Assembly (NCBI GenBank): GCA_963758495.1
Contig: CAVWVI010000005.1
Coordinates: forward strand, 1-64,000
Direction of reading: 5' to 3'
Source: Oligoflexia bacterium
GTDB taxonomy: Bacteria > Bdellovibrionota > UBA1018
DNA: 64,000 nucleotides
Position 1 is the first letter of the stretch. Every line of letters begins with the position of its first letter. Positions 39,763-48,601 of this stretch are shown piece by piece. The position numbers and the translations under genes were made by a program. Under the pieces are notes generated by a model that made no database searches, was not told the origin of the DNA, and saw only the letters and a list, made by a program, of their open reading frames with translations.

Positions 39763-40392
39763 ATGATCTACCATTATTTGCGACGATTGAGTTTTGTCCC
39801 ACTTCTTTTAATTCAAGTCATGGGCTTCGGGGGCTGTGGTTACGGCTTTCAAAACTCTCGTAACCCATTGTTTTTGAAAGAGGGAATTAGAAAAGTGTAT
39901 GTTTCCCCTGTTGTGAATAATTCTTATAAAGCGGGTATTGAAAATGTTATCTATAATAGTTTAATTCGGGCCATGGCAGCCTCTGGGAGGGTTGTACTGG
40001 TTCAGAACTCAGAGGATGCGGACGCTGTCCTTCAAGGGACTGTGGTGACCGCAGTCTATGGAAGAAGTGCTGCTACTTCTACGGTGGCGGGATTGAACCC
40101 CGCGGGTATTGGATTGAATCTCCCTACGAGAGATTATGTGATTTCAACGGAATACACAGCGACTCTGTCCTGTTCTTTTGTATTGGCGCGAAAACATCCC
40201 AGTCCTTCTAAGAAAACACAAATTTGGGCTTCTTCATTTGCCAGGTCTAAACCTTTTCCTGCTGCGAACCAATTGGATGTTCCTGGAACAACCTCTCCGT
40301 TGATTAATGAGAGTGAATTTGATCGCACATTATCGGATATTTCTAAGAGCATGATGGATGATGTTCATGAATCTATGTTAGCCATGTTTTAG
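39763..40392 (+). CDS. lptE: LPS-assembly lipoprotein LptE-like
   Basis: Lipobox FGGCGY; directly upstream of holA. Confidence 0.7.
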   Translation: MIYHYLRRLSFVPLLLIQVMGFGGCGYGFQNSRNPLFLKEGIRKVYVSPVVNNSYKAGIENVIYNSLIRAMAASGRVVLVQNSEDADAVLQGTVVTAVYGRSAATSTVAGLNPAGIGLNLPTRDYVISTEYTATLSCSFVLARKHPSPSKKTQIWASSFARSKPFPAANQLDVPGTTSPLINESEFDRTLSDISKSMMDDVHESMLAMF

Positions 40393-40400
40393 AAAACTTT

Positions 40401-41393
40401 ATGCCAAAATTAGAACTGAAAGCAGTCCAACGGGAATTAGAACAAGGTGTCATCTGGCCGGTTTACTGGCTTTACGGTCCTGAAAAGTTAAAATCTCGAG
40501 AACTCTTAAAAAGAATTCGTTTTGCTGTTTTAGGCCAAGAGGGGTCAACTACTGCGGGACAGTGGAATTTTAATGAAGAAGTTTTTGAAGGGAATGAGAT
40601 CGATGCTACTTCGGTTTTAGATTCTGTTCGAAGCCCATCTTTAATAGGAGGAGTTCGTCTCATTTTAGTTCGAGAGGCTCATGCAATGAAGAATCCAGAG
40701 GTCTTGTCTGAACTCTTCGGGGCACCTACAAAGCTTTCAGAACTCATGAGTGTGTGTGTTTGTATTTCAAAGGACTTGGATGGAAGGAAGAAGTTTTCTA
40801 AGGCCCTCGTGGAGGGGGCTGCAGTGGTCTCTTGTGAGGAAGTCATCGAAGTCCAGCGGGAGCCTTGGATTCAGTACTTGGCCCAACGAAGAGGGGTGGA
40901 GCTGAATTCCACTTTAGTGACTCGGCTTTCAGGTCTTGATCCGTGGTCATTAGATATTATTGAGCAAGAACTGGAAAAATTTGTGGTGGCAGGTTCTTCT
41001 CCTGATGTGATTTTGGATAGCCTCGGTCTTTCGGGGGTGACAGAGAGATTTATCGAAGATTTCTTCTCTCGCGATCTAGAAGCAGCCCTTCCTCTCGTCA
41101 GTCGATTTGCAGACTCTCCAGACGAGTCCTTGCCCCTTCTTGGACTGATTGGATGGAATGTCAGACAGCTTGCGATTTGGCTTGCGGACCGTGACAATGG
41201 CACTCGAAATTCAAAACTGAATCCCTATGCAGTGGAGCGATTTCGAAAATGGAGTCCCTTCTGGAAGCAACACGAAGTGATTGAGTTACAAGCTAGGCTT
41301 TCTGAGTTGGATTTTCAGCTTAAGCAAACTCCTCTTTTACCTCTGGGGTTGTGGAGTAGTTTGGTGCTTCGGTTTTGTAGTAAGAGTTCTTGA
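40401..41393 (+). CDS. holA: DNA polymerase III delta subunit
   Basis: PVYWLYGPE, PSLIGGVRLILV, DGRKK, QELEK, D..LK; lptE-holA context. Confidence 0.85.
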   Translation: MPKLELKAVQRELEQGVIWPVYWLYGPEKLKSRELLKRIRFAVLGQEGSTTAGQWNFNEEVFEGNEIDATSVLDSVRSPSLIGGVRLILVREAHAMKNPEVLSELFGAPTKLSELMSVCVCISKDLDGRKKFSKALVEGAAVVSCEEVIEVQREPWIQYLAQRRGVELNSTLVTRLSGLDPWSLDIIEQELEKFVVAGSSPDVILDSLGLSGVTERFIEDFFSRDLEAALPLVSRFADSPDESLPLLGLIGWNVRQLAIWLADRDNGTRNSKLNPYAVERFRKWSPFWKQHEVIELQARLSELDFQLKQTPLLPLGLWSSLVLRFCSKSS

Positions 41394-41445
41394 GAAGATA
41401 TTCTTTAATAAAATCGAATAATTTATTACAAATTGTAATTTGCAA

Positions 41446-44103
41446 TTACTCACGCGAATGGATCGGCAAATAAATACTCAGGTTAGATTCACTCGATGCA
41501 ATCGACTTTCGTTTTGCTTTGGCAATGCTTGACCTAACAGTAGTTTGTAAGATGCGCTGAGCCTCTCTCCCGTTAAGAATTTCACCTTTGGATTGAGCAA
41601 TGAGGTACTTAGAGGTAATGTTGTCCAAGAACTCTTTTTCATTTTCAATCTGGATCGATTTCTTACTTTCTAATTCTTGCTCCTGAATGAGTCTTTTCAG
41701 GCCCAGCTGAATGATGGCTCTAAATTCAGTTTCGCTTGGAGGAAAGATGGGCACTGCTGCTTGAAAACGATCCAATACGGGAGCTGGAATGCCTCCTCGG
41801 ATCAGTTCCTGAGTTAGTTCGTTCTTTGTTACTGGTTTGGTATTCGAATGCAGTAACTGCTGCGCGGCATTGGTGGTTGCAAAAATGTGTGAATTCTTAA
41901 AATTAAGAATGTTACTTGTTTTGCCTCCTGATTGGTTTGAATTGATATTTTCAGAGATGGTCATTTCGCCACTATCTAACAATGCCAATAGAGCCTGTTG
42001 TACAGTGGGAGCTGCTTTTTCTAATTCATCTAAAATAATGACTGAATAAGCATTTTTTCTGATCACTTCAGCCATTTCTCTTCGAAAGCCTTCAACGTTA
42101 CCTTCAGCATATTTATTCATTTCAATTCTGACCGACGGCAAATTCATGCCTTTACCCAGCGTTCGGCCCAGTTCTGTTTTGCCAACTCCTGGAAGGCCAG
42201 CTACTAAGACCCTGAGTGCTGGTTTTGTTTTATCATGTGAATGGGTGAATCGTTGTTCAACTAGTTCAAATAATATGTCTTTGGCGAATGTTTGCCCAAT
42301 GAGTGTTTGATTCAAAAAATCAGGAAAGTTTTGAATTTTCTCTTCTACTTTATGAGTGTCAAAAAAAATGGGATCGATGTTATAGAGTCTACTTGCTGCT
42401 TGATTGATATCTTGAATGGTAATGTCGCTGACGTTGTCATCTTTTAATTGTTTAGTGGCGTATACTTCACTCAGGAGCCCAGTCGCTTTGGAAGGTTGGG
42501 AGCCTGAAGCGCTAAATTCGTTCGATAAATGAATGATGTGCTTCAATACATCTGCCTTAAGGATGGGCTTATTATAGCGCTTCGACCATCCATTTATATA
42601 ATTGGGTAATTCTTCTTCACTGGGTTCCTCTAAATTAATAATCGAGAATCTTCTGAGTAATGCCTGATCACCTCCAAAAGCTTCGTAAAACTCGGAGTGA
42701 GTTGATGTACCAATGAGGGTAACATCTCCCTTGGCTAAATAGGACTTCATGTGTTGGAATAAGTCATTACTATCGCTCTTGGTGGTTCCAGCTCCTCTGA
42801 AGGAGTGAATTTCGTCCATGAAAATAATGGAGTTTTTATGAGAAGACATCATGGATAGGAATTTATTGAGTTTATCTTGAACTTGCCCCACAAATTGAGA
42901 TTTACTATCTAAAAAAGTTCCAATATTAACTGATTTCACTAGAGTATTCTTTGGCAGTTCTGGAAATTTTCCATTTCCAATATCAGCAAGAAATTTCATT
43001 ACTAACTGAGTTTTTCCTACTCCGGGATTTCCAAGAATCACTACATTTTTGCACTCTGGTTTTTGCAGTGATATTCTAATTTTATTTATCAAGTCCTGGT
43101 ATGCTTTGGTAGATTCGAAGTGAAGTGAGTTATCTTTAGATTCTCCTTCATGTTTTTTTAGATCTGCTTCTTCTTTTTTAAGAATAATATCTACAATCTC
43201 ACGTACGTCAAGCCTTTCTGCAGTCATGAGAGGGGTTTCTCCCGAAAATCCATGAGTACTATTTAGGTTAGCTCCATGATTGATCAGAAGTTTTGCAATT
43301 TGAACATGTCCATTTTCGATAGCCAGTTGGAGAGCGGTTTCGTAGTAAGAGTTCTTATGGTTTACGTTAGCTCCTGATGTAAGTAGAAGTTCAACGATTT
43401 CAGTATGCCCCTTTTCGGCTGCCCAGATGAGAGGCGTTGTTCTATATGTACCAAAAGTAGTATTTAAGTCAGCCTGATGATTGATGAGGAGCTTTGCAAT
43501 TTGGGCATGCCCATTATTAATTGCCACGATGAGAGCGGATTCGTCATACTCGTTCCTAAGGTTGACCTTAGCTCCTGATGTAAGTAGAAGTTCAACGATT
43601 TCAGTATGCCCGTTTTCGGCAGCTATGATTAAGGGCGTTTTTTTTCCATAATCTATTTTGTAATTTACATTGGCTCCAGCTTCGAGCAAGAGCTTTACCC
43701 TATTTGTGTCACCCTCTGCGGCAGCATTGTACAGAGATTTATCTTGTTGCTCATTTTGATCCTTGAGTGATTGTACGGCAGTAGTGGCAGTGACACCCAT
43801 AATACCACTCATGAAGGCACGTTTTTTAGTATTTCTCTGGTTTCTATATGAATCATTATTTTGATTGTATTGATTTTGAGAATAAGTTCTTATTTTATTT
43901 ATATGTAATGACTTACCTAAAGTTAGTTGTCGGCTGGGGGTGATGCGATTCAGGGTAGATGGTAATTTAGACATTCTATTACTGATAGGCTTACTAAATA
44001 AGTTTATACCATCCTTGATGATGCCTGCTTTTGCGATATCTGAAAGGAGAAATGCACTTACAAGAGTGGCGGTTATCGTCGACTTAGGTAATAATGCTTT
44101 CAT
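41446..44103 (-). CDS. Signal peptide + ankyrin repeats + two Clp/Hsp100-type AAA+ domains; paralog 1
   Basis: About six ankyrin repeats; GNPGVGKT/IFMDEIH/DQALLRRF; LIGQ, GLPGVGKT/RIEMNKY/ILDELEKA. Confidence 0.88.
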   Translation of the reverse strand: MKALLPKSTITATLVSAFLLSDIAKAGIIKDGINLFSKPISNRMSKLPSTLNRITPSRQLTLGKSLHINKIRTYSQNQYNQNNDSYRNQRNTKKRAFMSGIMGVTATTAVQSLKDQNEQQDKSLYNAAAEGDTNRVKLLLEAGANVNYKIDYGKKTPLIIAAENGHTEIVELLLTSGAKVNLRNEYDESALIVAINNGHAQIAKLLINHQADLNTTFGTYRTTPLIWAAEKGHTEIVELLLTSGANVNHKNSYYETALQLAIENGHVQIAKLLINHGANLNSTHGFSGETPLMTAERLDVREIVDIILKKEEADLKKHEGESKDNSLHFESTKAYQDLINKIRISLQKPECKNVVILGNPGVGKTQLVMKFLADIGNGKFPELPKNTLVKSVNIGTFLDSKSQFVGQVQDKLNKFLSMMSSHKNSIIFMDEIHSFRGAGTTKSDSNDLFQHMKSYLAKGDVTLIGTSTHSEFYEAFGGDQALLRRFSIINLEEPSEEELPNYINGWSKRYNKPILKADVLKHIIHLSNEFSASGSQPSKATGLLSEVYATKQLKDDNVSDITIQDINQAASRLYNIDPIFFDTHKVEEKIQNFPDFLNQTLIGQTFAKDILFELVEQRFTHSHDKTKPALRVLVAGLPGVGKTELGRTLGKGMNLPSVRIEMNKYAEGNVEGFRREMAEVIRKNAYSVIILDELEKAAPTVQQALLALLDSGEMTISENINSNQSGGKTSNILNFKNSHIFATTNAAQQLLHSNTKPVTKNELTQELIRGGIPAPVLDRFQAAVPIFPPSETEFRAIIQLGLKRLIQEQELESKKSIQIENEKEFLDNITSKYLIAQSKGEILNGREAQRILQTTVRSSIAKAKRKSIASSESNLSIYLPIHSRE

Positions 44104-44406
44104 TTTAATGACCTTTTTTTACTTATTAATAATAGTGATGGCATTTATAATCTTTATTTCTTTATTATTCAAGTAAAATATAAGATAATGTGGGTAATAA
44201 GCCAAATGTCCGATTTTAGGACACCCACGAATCCAACTCGAACTAAAATATTGCATATTGAACATCAATAATTAAAATGAAGTGGCTATTTTTATGTGAA
44301 AAATTCATAAATCAAATAAGTTAAAGATATTTAGCTTGATGTAGGAGTGAGTTGAGTAAAATAGGCTAAAAATATACTTATTAAATTTAAGTTATTTTGA
44401 GGACTA

Positions 44407-45180
44407 ATGAGGATTGATATGAAAAAAATGGCAGATAGTTTTAAATCGAATCTTTTATTGGCGTGTGTTTTTTCTTTTGTAGGAGTCACGGTTTTTGCAA
44501 ATCCAAGTGAATCCGTAGTCATTCGTCGGATCAACCAAGTTTTGAGAAACTGTGACGTTTTTACTCCAGTCCGATTAGATCCAAAATGGAAAAATCAGTG
44601 GAATCACGCAAGAAGTCAGCTAGCTTATTCTAGACTTGCTCAGAATATATTAGTGGCTAAGGCGACTTGTGGTGCTTATGCTACACCTACTGCTGCTGAA
44701 CTGACTCAGTACTATAATGAGTTGGAGCCTTTTCGTAGGCTCAGAGAAACTCTCAGAGACAGTGCTGAAATTGCTAAAGAAAGACTGATTCAAGATGCTC
44801 ATTTATCAAAAGAAGAAATTAAGCAACTTGATGATGAGGCCGACATTCAAGAATGTGCGCTGAATGATAGTTTAGGACAGAGGGACGGCAAAGAGGGACT
44901 CTTTGTTGCGCTTGAAACTCAGATCGCAAATGCAAATGATTTTAGTAGTCAATTCGTTTCAGAAGAGGATAAAAGATTGGAAGACACTCGTAGTATTGCA
45001 AGAGAGTCCATTCAAAGTCTTTTACGTACGCCTATTCATGCTTATGAATTAGCCCGAAGTTGCGGCGACCTATTTCTCAATGCTGTTCGAACTCGAGCTA
45101 AAAATAAGGCTAAAGCAGCAAAGAAGGCTAAAGAGTTGGAGATTAGAAGATATCAGCAGATCCTGGACGACGATTGCTGA
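44407..45180 (+). CDS. Hypothetical secreted helical protein
   Basis: Signal-like LLLACVFSFVGVTVFA; 257-aa ORF. Confidence 0.65.
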   Translation: MRIDMKKMADSFKSNLLLACVFSFVGVTVFANPSESVVIRRINQVLRNCDVFTPVRLDPKWKNQWNHARSQLAYSRLAQNILVAKATCGAYATPTAAELTQYYNELEPFRRLRETLRDSAEIAKERLIQDAHLSKEEIKQLDDEADIQECALNDSLGQRDGKEGLFVALETQIANANDFSSQFVSEEDKRLEDTRSIARESIQSLLRTPIHAYELARSCGDLFLNAVRTRAKNKAKAAKKAKELEIRRYQQILDDDC

Positions 45181-45261
45181 TTCTGAAGAAGTATCAGTTC
45201 CAAGAATACAAGGGTTTGAGCAGGAGCGCGTTCGAAAAACTGACAGATAATTAATGATCTA

Positions 45262-45292
45262 TCTGGCGTCGTCCTGTGTGGATGGCGCCAGA
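45262..45292. terminator. GC-rich hairpin resembling the IS right end
   Basis: TCTGGCGTCGTCC-TGTGT-GGATGGCGCCAGA; 18/21 identity to 46700-46720. Confidence 0.5.
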
Positions 45293-45296
45293 AACG

Positions 45297-45360
45297 AACT
45301 CCTCTTGTGCCTCTAGGGTTGTGGAGTAGTTTGGTGCTTGGGTTTTGTAGTAAGAGTTGA
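45297..45360 (+). repeat. Duplicate of the holA 3' end (att-like direct repeat of 41327-41388)
   Basis: 58/62 nt identical; encodes TPLVPLGLWSSLVLGFCSKS* versus holA TPLLPLGLWSSLVLRFCSKSS*. Confidence 0.9.
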
Positions 45361-46724
45361 TTGTGCGCCGGAAAAAAAGGAAAAGGTGGAGCCCTCCTTA
45401 AGGTGGCTGAGTACAGATTTCGATCACTGTGAAAGATATTCGGATCGGTGCTCCTATTGGGGTAAGGTCGAAGACATTGAATTTAAATACGATTTTGTGA
45501 CTGCTTAGGATCGAGCAAAGGCTGAAGACCTGCATTCAGAGTCTTCTATGCAAGAAGATCCTTTTATTCTGAGACAAAAGTGTTTCCACCCACCCTATTG
45601 CCCAAATGAAATGTGCAAGTTTCATCTTCCCTCCAATGAGAAGGATTCCAATTCTTTTTTTTGGTCAAATGGTTGGGCTAAAACTCGATGCTATCCTTAC
45701 CGGGTTCGCCAATTTCGATGTCGTTCCTGCAAGAGAAATTTTCGGTATACTTATTTCAAGCTCGATTTTCGCGAAAAAAAACCTGGCTTAAACTGCAAGA
45801 TTTTCAGTTATATGACGTGTGGAGTGTCCAATCGAGAAATTGCAAGAAGACTGGAGACTTCCGAACATCTCATCCGCCTCAGAGTGAGAAAATTGGTTCA
45901 GTGGGCGCTGATAAAACAAACAGAGCGCACCCAGGCGTTGAAGATCAGCGAGCCCCTCGTTTATGATGGCCTCGAAGCGTTTGCTAAAAGTCAGTATGAT
46001 CCGAATCAAATCCAACAAGCTATCGGCAAGGAGTCTTTGTTTATTTATGACTTTAACTTCGCGCCACTTAATCGAAAAGGAAGGATGTCTCCAAGGCAAA
46101 AGCAAGTCCGACGGTTGACGGAAGAAAAAGAGGGGCGTTACCCGCCAAAAGCCATTCGAATTAGCACGGTGGAGATCTTCTCTCGCCTCTATGAAAGAAG
46201 AGCGGATCTAGCTCAGCCCTTGGTGATTTATTCGGACGAACATTTTCAATATCGTAGAGCTGTTGAACGCGATTTGAAGGATCTTAAAATCCATCAAGTC
46301 ACGGTATCTTCTAAGCAGACGCGGAATTATCAAAACTGTCTATTCAGTGTAAATCACGCGGATCTCTTAATTCGTCAGCATATGGGAGCGTTCAGTCGGG
46401 AAACCATCTGCTTTGCAAAAAACCACGCTCGAATGGTTGGAAAGTACGTCCTCTTCATGGTTTGGAAAAATTTCTTTCGGCCTCAATTTGTAAAGCCTCA
46501 TAAGAAAGATCCAAAGTCTAACCAGAACACTCCAGCTATGAGGCTGGGCTTAACCAAGAGGGCCCTTGAGTTTTATGAATTTTTTGACATCAAAAGGACT
46601 TTAGCACAAATCAACCTGAATCGAGAGTGGACCTTGTTTCATGAAGATCAAGTATTTTACCCCCGGTCCTTAGCTGGAGCATCGGCGTAATAGGGGGACA
46701 TCATCCTGTGTGGACGGCGCACAA
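45361..46724 (+). mobile_element. Putative insertion sequence (~1.36 kb) with TTGTGCGCCG...CGGCGCACAA termini
   Basis: 10-bp perfect TIR enclosing a single transposase-like ORF; right end resembles the MITE TIRs. Confidence 0.7.
45548..46690 (+). CDS. IS1/IS1595-like transposase (Zn ribbon, HTH, RNase-H-like core)
   Basis: CPNEMC...FRCRSCKRNF, VSNREIARRL, YDGLE, YSDEH..Y, NHADLLIR, TPAMRLGL. Confidence 0.75.
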   Translation: MQEDPFILRQKCFHPPYCPNEMCKFHLPSNEKDSNSFFWSNGWAKTRCYPYRVRQFRCRSCKRNFRYTYFKLDFREKKPGLNCKIFSYMTCGVSNREIARRLETSEHLIRLRVRKLVQWALIKQTERTQALKISEPLVYDGLEAFAKSQYDPNQIQQAIGKESLFIYDFNFAPLNRKGRMSPRQKQVRRLTEEKEGRYPPKAIRISTVEIFSRLYERRADLAQPLVIYSDEHFQYRRAVERDLKDLKIHQVTVSSKQTRNYQNCLFSVNHADLLIRQHMGAFSRETICFAKNHARMVGKYVLFMVWKNFFRPQFVKPHKKDPKSNQNTPAMRLGLTKRALEFYEFFDIKRTLAQINLNREWTLFHEDQVFYPRSLAGASA

Positions 46725-46771
46725 ATAAATTGACAACATGCCCATTTTATCTTACTTCCCCTGCTTAAGAA

Positions 46772-47368
46772 ATGGGGTGTGTGATGAAATTCAATAAAAG
46801 TACCTTAAAAGTGGCTCTAGGGTTATCGGTTTTAGCGTCGCAAACAGGGTGTATCTCTGCTCTGGTTTTTCCTCCTCTGATCATTCCAGGAGTGATTTTT
46901 TATGCTCTCGGAGTAGGAGAGCCTTTTGAAAGAGGTGAAGGCCTGAGATTTACAGGGGTCTTATTAGGCTCAAAAGATCCTGGTCATGCTGTGGCTTTAA
47001 ATCAAATTCCTTTGGATGAGAGTATTGCACAAAAAGCTGGGGTGAGTGTTGAGGACATTGAAGATTACAATAATAACCTCAACCAGATTCGAACTGTTGC
47101 GCTCGAGTTGCAACAGGATATTCGTTCGCAACTCGCACGGTCTGAACTCAAGCACTATACAAGAATGGATCAGCTCGCTCAGGATGTTCAGGTGGATTCA
47201 CTTGCAAAGAAATACGGCTTTGGAAGTGGGCAGGAGTTTTTAGAAACGATGACTTCTCAACATCTTTCAAATGAAAAGGTGCAGTCTTTTTCTGAAGCAA
47301 CTCACCTTGAAGCCGCACAGGTCAAAATTCTGCTTCATTACGGATTTGGCGTTAAGATGACTCGTTAG
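46772..47368 (+). CDS. Hypothetical lipoprotein
   Basis: MKFNK...VALGLSVLASQTGC lipobox-like; likely start 46784. Confidence 0.6.
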   Translation: MGCVMKFNKSTLKVALGLSVLASQTGCISALVFPPLIIPGVIFYALGVGEPFERGEGLRFTGVLLGSKDPGHAVALNQIPLDESIAQKAGVSVEDIEDYNNNLNQIRTVALELQQDIRSQLARSELKHYTRMDQLAQDVQVDSLAKKYGFGSGQEFLETMTSQHLSNEKVQSFSEATHLEAAQVKILLHYGFGVKMTR

Positions 47369-47391
47369 TAGTGGTTAATTAGGAAATTGTT

Positions 47392-48597
47392 ATGCAAATA
47401 AAAACACTGGGTTCTTTAAGACGACACTTGGGTGCTGCAAGAAGGACGGTGTTTTTATTTGCATTTCTATTGAGTTCCGTTGCCTTTGGAATGGGCGGAA
47501 AGCTTCAAAAGTATGAATCTCAGCATCACTCTTCTAATTGGCAAGTAAAAACTCCCAAAGTAGTGATTGCCTTTGGAATGTTGGATAGCGGTTTGATCCA
47601 ACGATATAAACGCTTTTCAAAAGATACTCTGGAAAAATATCTCAAAAGAGTCAATCCTCTGCTCCGTCTTGAAGTCATCGAGAAAGCTCAAAGTCAGGAT
47701 GTAGTCCAAGTCTTAGCCGATAAAAGTACGGTGGGGTTCATCTTTATCAGTCATACTTATAAGGCTAAAAACATCGATGCAGCCATCTCTATTGCTGCGG
47801 ATGGACACCCACTTCCTCCAGATATCTTGTCGGCAGCGACTCCGTCTTTAAGATTTAGTAGCTTCTTGGGCTGTCATGGTCCTGAAATCATGAAAGAGTA
47901 CGGTGTTGCTTATGAATATAAGCGTCTTTCTGGGAGTCATATTTTTTATTACAATAGAGATGAGTTGCTTTCCGCTAATTTCATGTTTATTGATAATTTA
48001 AAAAAGTTATTGAAAAAGGAAATAAAAGATTTGGCGAGATTTGATCCTCGTTATTTTATGAGCGGTCAAATACCTCATGAAGATGAGAACGGAAAACTGA
48101 CAATCCGAGTGAAAGATGTTTATCCGGGTATCGAACCTCGATTTGTTTATCTGAATGGCCGAATTGTGGGGATGTTGGGTACAGAAAAAGGAAATTCCAA
48201 TCAAAGCTTAAATTATGAGGAATTTACTTTTGAGGTGCCAGCCTATGCCTTGGAAACAAAGAAGGAGGGTCAACATCATGTTAAAATTCTTTCGAGTGAG
48301 ATTTCTCCCGGTGCTTTAGCTGATAACTATTTGATCGAATCTGTCACTCTTGAAGCTCCCTTTGGAAAGCTAGAAAAGCATTATTCCCCGTCATGGCATA
48401 TTGGAGATGCAGATGCTCCTCCTTCTATTGCTGACTTTAAAGTGGAGCTTCATGGATCAAAAAAGGAGCAAAAAAAACAACTTCTGGATCATATTCGAAA
48501 GTATATGGTCCAGCTTGAGTGGATGGATCGAAACCCCGAAGTCTGGGCAGCTTCACCTCTCAATGGACGTCGTATTTTTTCAGACGTGTTACAATAG
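47392..48597 (+). CDS. Hypothetical secreted protein
   Basis: Signal-like VFLFAFLLSSVAFG; 401-aa ORF. Confidence 0.65.
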   Translation: MQIKTLGSLRRHLGAARRTVFLFAFLLSSVAFGMGGKLQKYESQHHSSNWQVKTPKVVIAFGMLDSGLIQRYKRFSKDTLEKYLKRVNPLLRLEVIEKAQSQDVVQVLADKSTVGFIFISHTYKAKNIDAAISIAADGHPLPPDILSAATPSLRFSSFLGCHGPEIMKEYGVAYEYKRLSGSHIFYYNRDELLSANFMFIDNLKKLLKKEIKDLARFDPRYFMSGQIPHEDENGKLTIRVKDVYPGIEPRFVYLNGRIVGMLGTEKGNSNQSLNYEEFTFEVPAYALETKKEGQHHVKILSSEISPGALADNYLIESVTLEAPFGKLEKHYSPSWHIGDADAPPSIADFKVELHGSKKEQKKQLLDHIRKYMVQLEWMDRNPEVWAASPLNGRRIFSDVLQ

Positions 48598-48601
48598 GCT
48601 G

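Noticed and set aside
41446..44103. Annotation as housekeeping clpA/clpB/clpV
   Set aside because: No Clp_N domain, M-domain, IGF loop or GYVG loop; has a signal peptide and ankyrins; no T6SS genes nearby.
45362..45380. Group II intron 5' end (GTGCG) at the IS and MITE starts
   Set aside because: The motif is mirrored as an inverted repeat at the other end, and no RT/maturase or domain V was seen.
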